From positions 66,464,001-66,528,000 of the forward strand of contig NC_043008.1 in assembly GCF_006345805.1 (NCBI RefSeq): DNA of 64,000 nucleotides, written 5' to 3'. The notes below the pieces were generated by a model. The model had not been told where the DNA came from. It was given only the letters and a program-made list of their open reading frames with translations, and searched no databases. Of this stretch, positions 37,828 through 51,786 are shown piece after piece. Numbering within the stretch: position 1 is the first letter of the stretch; each line of letters begins with the position of its first letter. The DNA is from Octopus sinensis. Its lineage: Eukaryota. Position numbers and translations under genes: made by a program.

Positions 37828-40800
37828 ATCTAAACGACAAACCCCTCCACAATATTGTTGTTTGTTAAAGCGGCGAGCTGGCAAAATCGTTAGCACGCCA
37901 GACAGAATGCTTAGCGACATTTCGTCTGGTCTTTACGTTCTGAGTTCAAATCCCGCCGAGGTCGACTTTGCCTTTCATCCTTTCGGGGTCGATAAAATCA
38001 GTACGTGTTTGAACTGTGGGCTCGCTATAATCGAACTGCTTCTGGCGTCAAAATGGCTGGCCTTGTGACAAAATCTGAAATTATTCCGTAATTTAACGCA
38101 AAAGAGACCGATAGAGGCTTAAAATATAAGTTCTTGGATCGATTTGTTCGACTAAAGCCTTCAAGCTGGTGCTCCAACATGGCCGCAGTCTAATGACTGA
38201 AACAAGTAAAAGAAAAGATAATATATATATACTCAGGTCTTTTCAGTCACTTGTGGTTAGTCACAAGAAGTATGTGAGTATGTGTGTGTGTGTGTGTGTG
38301 TGTGTTAGATGCTAGGTAAATAGTGACAAGTCTTGTTCTAAGGGAGGTAATTCTATCAGTTTTTCAGTTTCTACTAGTAATTCACCTAACTTATATTTGA
38401 AAACTTACCAACGATATAAAAAGAAAACTTAAAAAGCTTTAAATATTTCAAACCCAGTTATATTTTTTCACATATAATCTCTTTGAGATCTATTCTCCCA
38501 CAAACTAGAAAAATAAACAGTCTCTTCAAGAAAATAGTTTTTCTTCAGCATCTAGAGTAGCATCTCTCTATTCAAATAACAACACTGCGCCTAATGCCTT
38601 TTTTATTAAAATAAATTTTTGTTAGGTGGTATGGAGGCATCTGAAGGCTTTGTTTTTTGCCTCTATCAAATAGCATATTTTAGCTTTAATACTGTTTCTA
38701 AATAGCTATATGTGGTAATAATGGCTATCTTGATGTTACTGTACAGCCACATATATACTCTTTTACTCTTTTTACTTGTTTCAGTCGAGCAAATCGACCC
38801 CAGGACTTATTCTTTATAAGCCTAGTATTTATTCTATCGGTCTCTCGAGCCGAACCGCTAAGTTACGGGGACGTAAACACACCAGCATCGGTTGTCAAGC
38901 GATGTTGTTGGGGACAAACACACGCACAAACATATACACACACACATACATATACATATATACGACGGGCTTCTTTCAGTTTCCGTCTACCAAATCCACT
39001 CACAAGGCTTTGGTCGGCCCGAGGCTATAGTAGAAGACACTTGCTCAAGGTGCCACGCAGTGGGAATGAACCCGGAACCACTCCTATGTATATATAAAAA
39101 ACATCATCTCGATAATGACCACATAACGGACATTTCAAAGCTCCTGTTGGTTATTGGCTACCACATGTCATCATACAGCTGGATTACTTCTTTAACTTGA
39201 CACACATGTGGAAGTCTGTTGGTGTACGCAGAATTCATGTAACGATATTTTTAAAACAGGAATGAACTGGCTTTAATCACAAAAGTAATTAAATCCTGTT
39301 CATTTCATCTTCCTGTTACATATAGTGTGGGTGGGGGTGTAAAACCGGACCTCTTATGCAGCTTCTAGAAATCCGGGAATACTGTACTGACTATTAGCTG
39401 TCAAGACACTACATCCTTCAAAATTTCCATGCTTCCTGAAATCGCCAACACTGCGCCTAATGCCTTTTTTCTTTACTTTTCTTTTTTGTAGTGCATCTTA
39501 GTGCTGTATGTATTAATATCATTATTATTATTATTATTATTGAGTGAGAGAACAGTACATGCCATCAAAGTGACACTGGGGTAAAATATACGAAGCCCAG
39601 TATACCCATCATGACTACCCGTCTGGTAAGGGTACACTAGGCACATGCATCACAACCATATGTGCGCGACATAGTGATCTCATATCAAGATAAACAGCAC
39701 ATGACCTTGCAGGTGGGGTCCAGTTAGAATTTTCTTCTGGTCAAGTACCCATCCCGCTCATAAGGTCCCTGAATAAGGATTGTTTAAGAATATTGAACGA
39801 AACACCCATGTTTCCAGAGGTGAATTATTCAAACCCCAAAGAATCCTTCTCAACACATGGCTATGATGCTCCCCCACTAAATCTGCTCGTGATCAGAGAT
39901 GCGTATATCGTCAGCCACTGTGGGACATGCTCAACTGGTTATGGTCCAACATCTGACAAGCAAATCTGTGGTATTGAGCAGAATATTTGCTGTAGCTCAT
40001 CTTTTATGCCAAGACAAAACAATGTACATGATAACACTTCCAATCAGTTAAGATCAGAAACCACGAGAGCTACTGCCTGGTACTTCCTCATCATCATCAT
40101 CATCGTTGTTATTATTATTATTATTTAGGCTGCGAGCTGGCAGAATCGTTAGCAAGCCGGGCGAAATGCTTAGCGGTATTTCGCCTGCCGTTACGTTCTG
40201 AGTTCAAATTCTGCCGAGGTCGACTTTGCCTTTCATGCTTTCGGGGTCGATAAATTAAGTACCAGTTACGCACTGGGATCGATATAATCGACTTAATCCG
40301 TTTCTGTCCTTATTTGTCCTCTCTGTGTTTAGCCCCTTGTGGGTAGAAAGAAATAGAAATAGGTATTTCGTCTGCCATTACGTGCTGAGTTAAAATTCCG
40401 TCGATGTCGACTTTGCCTTTCGATAAAATTAGTACCAGTTAAGGGATTAAGTCGAACCCCAAATTTGAGGCTTCCAGTAGAAAGGATTATTATTATCATA
40501 GGATCATACAATGTATGTACTATAGTCTGCATTGAGTAAGCAGACTGTTGTTGAAGTTGGTTAATTTGCATATAGTGTGTTAAAAATAGTCTTGTTCTTT
40601 GGAATCGTAAGTGAATTGATAAAGATAAAAACATATGCTTCTTTGAAATTGTATTAATTCGTATTTTGGATTTGTTAACTAAAATCATGTTCTTTTCTTC
40701 GTTTAATTTTTATCTTATAAACATATGTACCGTATATGCATGGTACATTATGATATATCTTAAAAATTTTACGTGGATTAATGGATATCAAACAGCTCGT

Positions 40801-41139
40801 GCTTTAGAATTGTATTTATTTGAATCTGTTAAATAGAATTTAGCTTTTTACATTTCATAGCTAATTTTATATTTAAGCAGTTTCCAGAAAATTCGGAAAT
40901 CCGGGGCATTTCCGGATAATTGGTACAGTACTCTGTGCGTATAATACCTATATTAGTATTTATTAAAGTGGCGCTCGTATCTCTTAGATTCACGTAAATC
41001 TATAACACTTAACAGTTAGTTTTCATATTAAGTGTTTTATTGTAAGAAGCTAAAACCGGCGTTCAAGGGAGATAACTTCTGCGTGTATCACCATTTTATA
41101 ACCCCTTTTGTCTTGTAGATAATTAATAAACAATGGCTT

Positions 41140-41550
41140 GGCTGCTTCACTTGGCTTCACGCTCTTGACGGGGATGAGGGTCGTTCCAAGTTAGAAGCCC
41201 CAGAGACGTCATCATGCGTAGAATCGCACTGGCGGTCCTGTACCAGCCACCTTCTGCATTCTTCAAGGTGACGTCGAACCTCTGGAGATCTTTCCTAATC
41301 ACGTCCAGCCATCAGGTGCGGGGCCTGCGTCGAATGAGAGGAAAGTCCTATCAGCGGCAGACGGAGGACATGCCTGTATCAGCGCATGCGACAGATAGCT
41401 ATGAGTTGGGAGGCTGCAGGCTTATACGTGCTCGCACGCAGATCTTTCTTGGTACCATCTGATGTTCTCGATGGTTCTCGGGGCTCTGTTATCGAAGCCG
41501 TCTATCCTCTTTGCCAGGGTCTTCGAGAGGGGCTGCATTTCCTTTCAATA
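41140..41550 (-). mobile_element. GC-rich RTE-clade LINE 3' fragment
   Basis: The minus strand reads PLSKTLAKRIDGFDNRAPRTIENIRWY, then a decayed RPRT-WLDVIRKDL motif. Confidence 0.75.
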
Positions 41551-43623
41551 GAAACGATATTGCATATAAATTATATCAATATATATATACAGATTCCTTT
41601 TATGGTGTGGGCTTATACCTACGTCGGATATCAGTGATCTCTTACATTAACACAACACTGTGGGTCTCTAGAAGATGATTACAGTCCGTTAGGCAGTTCC
41701 AGTGTGTGTTTGTTACTGGTACATGTTTTTGGTCCTTTCCCCTTGAGAAGATGGGGAAAATATTGTCAACGTTCGTTCACTGTCAACAGTACAACCATTC
41801 TACATTACTTTGTGTGAATTTTGGGGCTCTTTGTTTTAAAGGAATTTTAAGGATAACAGCAAAATATTTACTGATTGGAAAGAGGAGAATAGTCGTTACC
41901 AATTATTGCTTTTGAGATCAGTATTGACTGAGATTTTGTTGTGAAAACTAATGTGTGTGTATGTGCTTGTTTGTATGTGAATATATGTGTAGACACTAAT
42001 ACATGCGTGTGTATAAATGCATATAGTGCAGTTTGTGCTTATGTATGTTATGTTGCGACATCTATTTCTGTCTCTCTTTATTTGCCTCTCTTTTGCCTTT
42101 CTCCCACTCTCTCTCTCTTTGCTTCTTCCTTTATTCTGAATTTCTATCCGTCTTCTTGTCTCCAGTCCTACAAGACATTTTTATTTTCCTTTGACTTACT
42201 CCATGTCAATCTTTCTTGCAGAAGCATGACTTTTTTTTATTGTATGTTTTTATGTATGTTTTATTTTGTTGTGTTTGTTTTCATCATCAGTGTCCTGTTA
42301 GCTTTTCACCACAGGCACCACCAAAAGTAAACAATATCAACGTTAAAGGCGCCAAATTGTAATGATCTTTTGGACATTGGCTTATGAAGAATAAGCTCCA
42401 AATTTTCTGTTTGTTATGTCTTTGTAATATTTCTGTTGTGTTTTTGTTAAATTTTTGAAATAAGTATGTATCTCATCATCATCATCATCATCATCGTTTA
42501 ATGTCCACTTTCCATGCTAGCATGGGTTGGACAATTTGACTGAGGACTGGCGAACAAGATGGCTGCACCAGGCTCCAATCTTGATCTGGCAGAGTTTCTA
42601 CAGCTGGATGCCCTTCCTAACGCCAACCACTCCGGGAATGTAGTGGGTACATTTTACGTGCCACCGGTGCGGGGGCCAGTCAGGCGGTACTGGCAATGAC
42701 CTCACTCGAATCTTTTTACACATGCTACTGGCACAGGTGCCAGTAAGGCGACGCTGGTAACGATCACGCTCGATTGGTGCCTTTTACGTGCCACCGGCAT
42801 GGAAGCCAGTTAGCCTCTCTGACAACGATCATGCTCGGATGGTGCTCTTGGCATAAATGTATGTATGTATGTAAGACATGGTATAGATAATAGCCAGTAC
42901 ATATTTTTCTTTATTGCAGTAAATTTGACTTACAGCTGTTTCCAGTAGTCATTATAGGTTCATTGTCGATAGGTTTACTTAATCAGTTCATTGATTGTTT
43001 AGGTGGTGAGCTGGCAGAAACATTAGCACACCAAGCAAAATGCTTAGTAGTATTTCATCTGTCGTTACGTTCTGAGTTCAAATTCTGCCGAGGTCGACTT
43101 TGCCTTTCTTCCTTTCGGGGTCAATAAATTAAGTACCAGTTACGCACTGGGGTCGATGTAATTGACTTAATCCGTTTGTCTGTCCTTGTTTGTCCCCTCT
43201 ATGTTTAGCCCCTTGTGGGCAATAAAGAAATAAGAAGCTTGCTTTTCAACCACATGGGTCAAGGTTCTGTCCCACTGTGTGACACCTTGGGCAAGTGTCT
43301 TCTACTATAGCCTTGGGCCAACCAGAGCCTTGTGAATGGATTTGGTAGATGGAAACTGGAAGAAGCCTATCATATACATATATATATATATACACATGTA
43401 TGTGTTTGTGTTTGTCCTCCCACCATCTCTTGACAACCGACATTGGTGTGTTTACATACCCAAAACTTAGCAGTTCTGCAAAAGAGGTTGATAGAATAAG
43501 TACTAGGCTCACAAAGAATAAGTCCTGCGGTTGTTTTGTTAATCTAAAGGCAGTGCTCCAGCACGGCCGCAGTCAAATGATTGAAACAAGTAAAAGAATA
43601 TATATATATATGTATAAATATAA

Positions 43624-43764
<141 letters not shown>

Positions 43765-43819
43765 TAAGTATTGATCTCTGCCAAAGTTTTTACTTTTGTT
43801 GTCGTTTCTTATTTTTGTT

Positions 43820-44265
43820 TTTTGTTCACTTTGTTACTTACTACTACTACTACTGCTACTGCTGCTACTATTACTACACCATCATCACCACTACAACTAA
43901 CACCCCCCCCTTGGTATCACCCTACTCCTACTGTCACCAACATCACTACTACTACTACTACCATTTCACTTGCTATCAACAATTCTACTAGTTCATCACC
44001 ATCTTCACTCATACCTGCTACCACCACTACCAATACTACTACTATCATTACTATCACCTCCACCTTCGCCCTAACATCACCGCTACCACTTCTACTACTA
44101 CTACTACCACCACCACCACCATCATCATTATTACAATCCCCACTTACTACCATCCTACTAGTGCTATCTTCACCCCCCCCCACTACCACCACCACCACCA
44201 TCACTACTACTACTCCCTCACCTATTAGTCTATCAGCACTTCCACTCCTGCCACCACCACCACAA
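43820..44265. repeat. (ACT/ACC/ATC)n trinucleotide low-complexity tract just downstream of exon D
   Basis: Direct inspection; source of the Thr/Pro-rich ORF 43771. Confidence 0.9.
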
Positions 44266-45765
44266 CCACTGATTTTGCTGTGTTTGATATCTACTGAAAA
44301 CTGTCACCTGTTACTACTGTTACCCAAACTACTAATCAATGTTTTTTTTTTGTTTTTTTTTTAGAATTTTCTTTTAAATGTTTGTGATAATAATAAAAAA
44401 CTGAAGTTGATAAAACTAATAACAGATAAAAAAAAAATTGTTGCGGTGGTGGTGGTGGTGCAAATGGCAGTGGTTTATAATTAAATTGGGCTAAAAAAAA
44501 TTTGAAGATAAGGATTTAGTCAAATACATGTGTATATGACAGGGAAGCTCATTTACAACGGTCATGAGATGTTAAAACGAGGTACACACACACACACACA
44601 CACACTGGGCTTATTTTCAGTTTCCCTTTATCAAACTCACTCATAAGGCTTTGGTCATTGGCCCAGGGCTGTGCCAGCAAGACACTTGCCCAAGGTCCCA
44701 AGCATTGAAACGTAGCCTAAAACCATGTGATTGAGAAGCAAACTTCTCAGCCACACCTGTCCCTTGATATAATAATAATAATAATAATCATCATCATCAT
44801 TTAGCGTCCATTTTCCATGCTAGCATGGGTTGGACGGTTCAACTGGGGTCTGTGAAGCCAGAAGGCTGCATCAGGCCCAGTCTGATCTGGCAGTGTTTCT
44901 ATGGCTGGGTGCCCTTCCTAACGCCAACCACTCCACGAATGTAGTGGGTGCTTTTTACGTGCCAGACGGTGCTGGCAAACAGCCACGAACGGATGGTGCT
45001 TTTACGTGCCACCGGCATGGGGGCCAGGCGAGGCTGGCAACGGACACGAACGGATGGTGCTTTTTACGTGCCAATAATAATAATGTATGATTTATAGGAA
45101 TACAGAAATATTTCTCATGGCACCGGCAGACAAAACGGAAAAGGTGTTGTTCCAGATGATCATGAGGGTGATGTGTTGGAACAGCCACTCTTGACTTACA
45201 GGGCTTGCACTTGCAGACAGCAATCTCTGTCCTGGTAGTGGTGAGCAGGGATACAGAAATTATTCTGAAAGGCGGTGAGCTGGCAGAAACATTAGCACGC
45301 CAAGCAAAATGCTTAGCGGTATTTCGTCTGCCGTTACATTCTGAGTTCAAATTCCGCTGAGGTTGACTTTGCTTTTCATCCTTTTGGGGTTGATAAATTA
45401 AGTACCAGTTGCATACTGGGGTCGATGTAATCAACTTAATCCCTTTGTCTGTCCTTGTTTGTCCCCTCTATGTTTAGCCCCATGTGGGAAATAAATAAAT
45501 AAGAAATTATTCTGGATATGTTATCAACTAAACATACTCAATGTGTATGCTTTGCTTGTTCACCATTACGCTGTGGTTCAATGCGGTGAGAATGACTCCC
45601 TCAAAGCGCTGGGTGTTAAAACACCTGAAAGTTATAGACAAGTGAAACAACTCGCCCCTAATCCCATTCAGGAGCAATGGATACTGATATTTTGCCATTT
45701 TTGTGTCTTAGCAATACCATGTACCTGAATCAAACTGGGGATACACTGAATCAACAATCTATGTC

Positions 45766-45946
45766 TCTATACAAATAGTGTAAAAACCATTTGCTGGGGT
45801 GCTCTGATGATGCAAACAAGGATAAATTCAATTGTGAATTAAAAACAGCACTAGTGTTGTAAACATTATCAACTGCACATATTCACTGTATGTGTTATGC
45901 ATCTCGGGGCATACCAGCAAATGGTTTTTTGCACTGTTTGTATATA
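45766..45946. repeat. Imperfect inverted repeat (~50-bp arms)
   Basis: ctatacaaatagtgtaaaaaccatttgctgg...gatgca pairs with tgcatc...ccagcaaatggttttttgcactgtttgtata. Confidence 0.7.
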
Positions 45947-46010
45947 GTCATGGACTGACAATTCAGTTCACCCCCAGTTCAATTCAGGGATTAATTATAA
46001 ATGCTGTAAA

Positions 46011-46518
46011 CATCTGATGGGTACAGAAATGAATTTATAAAATCTCTAATCATCTGAGGGCTACAGGAATAAATTCATAAAATCCCATTGTGTCTGAAGG
46101 GTACAAGAATAAATTTTTAAAAGCCCTAAGCACCTGAAGTGTACAGAAATAAATTCCTAAAATCCCTGTGCATCTAAGTGGTATAGGGATGAATTTATAA
46201 AAGCCTTAAGCACCTGAAAAGTACAGAAATAAATTCCTAAAATCCATGTGCATCTGAAGGGATAAATTTATAAAAGCCTTAAAAATCTGAAGGGTACAGG
46301 AATAAATTCAGGAAAATTCCTTTGTGTCTGCAGGGTATAGGGATGAATTTGTCAAATCCCTAAGCATCTCTATGGTACAGGAATAAATTCATAAGATCCC
46401 TGTGCATCTGAAGAGTACAGGGATACATTTATAAACATGCCGTCGGCATCTCAAGGGTACAAAAGTCAGTTCATAAAATACCTGTGTTTCTGAAGAGTAC
46501 AGGGATGGATTTTATTAG
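46011..46518. repeat. 40-bp minisatellite, about 13 diverged copies
   Basis: Consensus approximately CATCTGAAGGGTACAGGAATAAATTCATAAAATCCCTGTG; one unit is shortened to 33 bp. Confidence 0.9.
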
Positions 46519-47056
46519 TGGCCGTGTGGTAAGTAGCTTGCTTACCAACCACATGGTTCCGGGTTCAGTCCCACTGCGTGGCACCTTGAGCAAGTGACTT
46601 CTACTATAGCCTCGGGTCGACCAAAGCCTTGTGAGTGGATTTGGTAGACGGAAACTGAAAGAAGCCCGTCGTATATATGTATATATGGCAGTTCAGCAAA
46701 AGAGACCGATAGAATAAGTACATATCTTAGCAGTTCAGCAAAAGATCCCAATAGAATAAGTACTACGCTTACAAAGAATAAGTCCTGGGGTCGATTTGCT
46801 CGACTAAAGGCGGTGCTCCAGCATGGCCACAGTCAAATGGCTGAAACAAATAAAAGAGTATGTGAAGGACACAGGGAGATCTTCTTCCTTACATCATACT
46901 GCGTTCACTTTATCATTGCATCCTCACAGGAGCACAAGTTCCTTAGGTGTGTAGAGGAAACAAAACAGATGAATCTTAGAATTCAGCTCTGCAGTGGAAA
47001 TATCATGCCTACAGGAGTATATATTTCTGAAATATGTTTACATTTATCCCTTTTAA

Positions 47057-47233
<177 letters not shown>

Positions 47234-48061
47234 TAATTATTTAAATGTCCATCCCGATTACTCAAGGTGATTTAATTGGCAGAATCATATTATATTTTCC
47301 AGCTCTTTGCATCCAGTATTCAGATCCAACCAATATCAACTCTGCTTTTTCTCCTTCAGAGGTGAGGGTATCCTGTAAAATAACACACCAATCAAGCAGT
47401 TTATTGTGAAACTCACAACCTTTAGTATATATAACAACCTATGAGTGTATAAGAGGTCCTTTTCATTTTTTTTTTTTAGTTTTGTTTTTATTTTCTCATG
47501 GTGGAATGCAAAAGCATTTTTATTAAAAACTGGTTTAAAAGTGGTGAGCTGACAGAATCATTAACATGTTGGATAAAATGCTTAGCAGCTATTTATCCGA
47601 CTCTTTACATTCTAAGTTCAAATCCCAACAAAGTTGAATTTGTCTTTTATCTTTCTGGGGTTGATAAAATAAGTACCAGTTCAGTACTAGGACTGATGCC
47701 ATAGATCTTCCCAGTCCATTCAAAATTTGCTGGCCCTGTGCCAAAATTAGTAAGAATTAAAAACAAGTCTTAATCAATTTATGTTTATTGTTTTTAATAT
47801 CCAGCATTGAAATGCGTAATTATAATTCAACTGAACATTGCTACTTAGATCAGATGATAAGTGGACAGATAAAGTTTAATATTAGTCAGTGATGCTGCTT
47901 AGGTGTTTATAGTAATTTTTAATGTGAGTGAGGGTGAAGAGATTAAAAATAAAGGTTGAATAGCACTCCTGGCTTTTAAAGATTTTAAATGCACATACAC
48001 ACACATATATATATAAAAATATATTCAAATATGAAATTGAAGTGGCACTGGTGTACTAAAC

Positions 48062-48254
48062 ATTATCAGCCACATATATTTAGCATATACACATTGTGTA
48101 TTTGCTGGCAAGCTGTAATTTGACATGGTGGAGAATACTCTCTGAAAGCAGCAGGTGTTAAAACACCTGAGAGTCAAGTATTCTGCACCCTGCCAAATCA
48201 CAGCCTACCAGCAAATACACAAAGTGTGTACATTAAGTATATGTGGTTGATAAT
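48062..48254. repeat. Imperfect ~190-bp palindrome centred on caggtgtt-aa-aacacctg
   Basis: The arms pair along most of their length; the central motif ggtgttaaaacacctga recurs at ~45612-45628. Confidence 0.75.
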
Positions 48255-48767
48255 ATATGTGTGTGTGTGTGTATAAAATATACATGTAATTTTGGACTGA
48301 TGGATATATGTCAGTGTGTTGAGTAAAGCATTATTTTCTGCTCTAGGCACAAGGCCTGAAATTTTGGGGCAGTGGGCCAGTCGAATAGATCAACCTCAGT
48401 ATGCAACTGTACTTAATTTATCAACCCCCAAAAGGATGTAATGCAAAGTCGACCTCAGCAGAATTTGAACTCAGAACGTAAAGACAGACGAAATACTGCT
48501 AAGCATTTCGCCCAGCGTGCTAACGTTTCTGCCAGCTTGACACCTTTGTTGGGTTACCTAGTGTCATCCACAGTTGGGGTATATTTCAGTTGGATCTGAT
48601 TCAGGAATTCCACATGAATGTACCTGATGTGACCCAGACTGCAAAATTGCTACAACACATTATGATACACAGCATCCCACCCATAAGAGACAGTCGCAAG
48701 ATGGGTCGAAACAACTGTCATATGCAACAAAGAATAATACCAAATCCATCTTGTGTTTCCTTAATTG

Positions 48768-48809
<42 letters not shown>

Positions 48810-48814
48810 ATATA

Positions 48815-49210
48815 TCATCATCATCATCGTTTAACGTCCGCTTTCCATGCTAGCATGGGTTGGACAGTTCGACTGGGGTCTGGGAAGCCAGAAGGCTGCA
48901 CCAGGCCCAGTCTGATCTGGCAGAGTTTCTACAGCTGGATGCCCTTCTTAACGCCAACCACTCCGTGAGTGTAGTGGGTGCTTTTTATGTGCCACCGGCA
49001 CAGGTGCCAGACGAGGCTGGCAAACGGCCACAATTGGATGGTGCTTTTTATGTGCCACCAGCACGGAGACCAGACGAAGCTGGCAACGGCCATGATCGGA
49101 TGGTGCTTTTTACGTGCCACCGGCATGGAGGCCAGTCAGGGCGGGGCTGGTTACGGCCATGTTCGGATGGTTCTCTTACGCGCCACCGGCACTGGTATCA
49201 CAGCTACAAA
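48815..49210 (-). mobile_element. Retroposon family C with a (GAT)n tail (LINE-tail or SINE). Others at about 2581, 22950, 28160, 31046, 33490, 42475 and 44790
   Basis: Recurrent (cat)n-cgtttaacgtccgctttccatgctagcatgggttgg...ggatgcccttcctaacgccaaccactcc block, plus internal ggtgctttttacgtgccaccggc subrepeats. Confidence 0.85.
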
Positions 49211-49454
49211 TTCCATATACAGATATGAAATAGTGTAATAAACATCATCAAACACATATAAACATGTGCACTATTTATTTGATCTTCATTTTAGTTTTTA
49301 TTCATATTGTTTTTAGTTTGTTTATCTGTCAAAGTTCTTTCATCACACTCCATGACCTCATCAGTAATTCTCTGTCCCAAGTCTCTTTCCCCTGCTTATT
49401 CCATTTTGTCCTATCTACACACACAAACACACACACCACCACCACCACCACCAC

Positions 49455-50270
49455 CACTGATGCTATATTTCTGGTAGAGTTAACTTAGCAAAAACTAAAA
49501 TCTCAGTAAGTAGGAAGGCAGACAAATTACAAATCCCTTCAGGTAGATGGCCCTGCTCGATCTGTAGAGAAGGCATAGGTAGAAACTCCATAAGATGTAC
49601 CTGGTGTAAATTATGGATACATAAGAGGAAGGTTGACAGGGAAAATAGCTTTTGTGTGTGGAAGATGCACAGGTACAATAAATACCAAAAATGTACTGAA
49701 AATAAACTCCATCAACTGCCAGTGGGGTAAGCTAGAGGTAGATAGCTTCCATTATCTAGGTGACCAAGTTAGTAGCGGAGAGGGATGTTTCAAGAGCATA
49801 GCTGTGAGAATAAGAATAGGCTCCTACCTCTGCTGGCAACAAAGGGCCTCTCCCTCAGAGTGAAAGGCAGATTGTATGATGCCTGTGTGTGAACTGCTAT
49901 GCTACATGACAGTGAGAAATGGGCTATGACAGCCGAGGACATGCGTAGGCTTGAAAGAAATGAAGCCAGTATGCTTTGCTGGATGTGCAATGTCAGTGTG
50001 CATGTATGACAGAGTGTAAGCATCTTGAGAGAAAAGTTAGGCATAAGAGGTATCCGATGTGTGCAAGAGAGATGACTGCTCTAGTATGGTCATGTGATGT
50101 GTATGGACCAGGACAGTCATGTAAAGAAACGCCGATCTGTAACTGTGGAGGGAACCTATGATAGAGCTAGATCCAGGAAGACATGGGACTAGGTGGTGGA
50201 GCATGATCTTGAACTTGGAGCCTCATGGGAGCAGTAATCAGTGACCAAGACCTTTAGGATTATGTTGTTC
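49455..50270 (+). mobile_element. RTE-type LINE, deleted and frameshifted ORF2 3' part
   Basis: Fragments TTDAIFLV, KLEVDSFHYLGDQVSSGEGC, KGRLYDACV-TAMLHDSE and AEDMRRLERNEASMLCWMCNVSV. Confidence 0.85.
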
Positions 50271-50361
50271 TTTCTTTTTGTCATTGCATGTTTTTTTGCA
50301 TTGTTTTAAAAAGGCTATTTTTTTATAACCTCTCCCTTTCTTTTCTTCTTCACTATGACAG

Positions 50362-50407
50362 GAAACGAGCCAGTGCTACAGACTGTATGAGTCATCCATG
50401 GATACAG
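50362..50407 (+). CDS. DAPK: DAPK-family kinase, coding exon F (end of kinase domain)
   Basis: Pyrimidine tract + gacag acceptor and gtgaga donor; 46 nt, phase 2-0. Translates (R)KRASATDCMSHPWIQ. The six exons total 754 nt with no stop codon. Confidence 0.94.
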
Positions 50408-50511
50408 GTGAGATAAGATTTCAGTCTTGACATCAGTACGAAGAAGAACCATCTAAAGTAAAAAAAAAAAACAAATCTCTATGCATTTACATCTACTTTT
50501 GCTTTGTACTT

Positions 50512-50677
50512 CTAATGATCTGGCTGTACTCGCTTCAGTGGTTGGTATCTTGCGGAAAAAGACGATCGATTGATGGGCCATTTTTGTTCTTTTTTTTCTT
50601 CGTCTTCTTCTTCTTCATCATCTTCTTCGTTGTCATCATTGGCACTGTCAAAATATCTTTCCACCTGACACAGTGTT
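50512..50677 (-). CDS. Candidate terminal exon of an unidentified convergent gene
   Basis: Minus strand reads gttgattttgtttctttttccag|AACACTG. The phase-2 frame is TLCQVERYFDSANDDNEEDDEEEEDEEKKEQKWPINRSSFSARYQPLKRVQPDH*; the phase-1 frame is HCVRWKDILTVPMMTTKKMMKKKKTKKKKNKNGPSIDRLFPQDTNH*. CpG-rich relative to flanks. No homologue recognised and no upstream exon identified. Confidence 0.4.
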
Positions 50678-51143
50678 CTGGAAAAAGAAACAAAATCAAC
50701 TGCATGAAGCAGTTGCTCATTTTTTTGTCTTATAAGAGAAATTTTAAAAGAGGACAAATATATATATATATATATATATATGCACATTTCAAAAGAACAT
50801 CATTCGATGTTGAGATTAACAGCTGGTTGTTGTTATTCCTGAAATCTAGAAGGAATGAACAAAGGACATTAGGGCCTTCAGCTTGTCAAAAGAGGAAAGA
50901 AACAAAATAATCAATGGTGAACCAACAAGAAAAACAAAACATTTTCTTAAGTATTCCTCTGTGTCTTTCTTTAAAACCCAAATATACTATTATAATAGAG
51001 ATATTGAATTATTGGGTTTTGTACACTGTACAATCACTTTCACCTACACACATACACAAGCACTCTGCCTCATACAAATATATATATACGCACATATATA
51101 TATATATATATATACACATATATGTGTGTGTATATATATATAT

Positions 51144-51198
<55 letters not shown>

Positions 51199-51742
51199 CA
51201 TACATATATATATATAAATATATACATATATATATATAAATATATATATATATTATATTGTATTATGAGCAGGTGTATATATTTTTTTATAATGTTTACA
51301 CATCGTTTAACGAATGGAATAACTTCTCAGCATGGCAGTAGCACACATTATATATAAAAAAAAAAAAAAAAAGAAACAAACAACAAAAAAAAAACAATTC
51401 GTATGTCTTCAACTAATTACTGCCACTGTAGAATTAATTTGGTGACAATTGGTGCCATCAAATCTTGTGATAAAAACTAAAAAGTGTTCCCATTTTGTTC
51501 TTTTTTTTCTCGTTTTTTTTTTGTTTTCCCCCCGACCCTTAATCTGTGATTGTTCTATAACGAGAAGTTTCTACTTCAAAATAAATTTACAAACAAAAAT
51601 GTAAAAAAAAAATGTTAAAGATTTTGAAATTGAAAAAAAAATCAACTACTAACCAAAATGATTAACAAAGAAGTGAATTTAAACTTTATAATTTAGAATA
51701 AGTATGTTTGCAATTATACATAAATACATGCGCACACATATG

Positions 51743-51786
<44 letters not shown>

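Noticed and set aside
43771-44364. Mucin-like Thr/Pro-rich ORF after exon D
   Set aside because: Starts inside the intron, read-through from exon D stops immediately (TT GTA AGT ATT GAT is a different register; the exon frame reads TTG TAA), and the tract is trinucleotide low complexity.
46011-46518. CRISPR-like array of palindromic units
   Set aside because: Eukaryotic context, no unique spacers, contiguous diverged units and no cas genes.
50539-50760. Plus-strand exon (cttcag|TGG TTG GTA...) that would add a hydrophobic, transmembrane-like tail to DAPK in phase 0
   Set aside because: The Phe/Ile run is the antisense shadow of a GAA/GAT tract, the acceptor has a weak pyrimidine tract, and the frame runs into (TA)n. 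The minus-strand reading has much better splice signals. Not excluded without RNA data.
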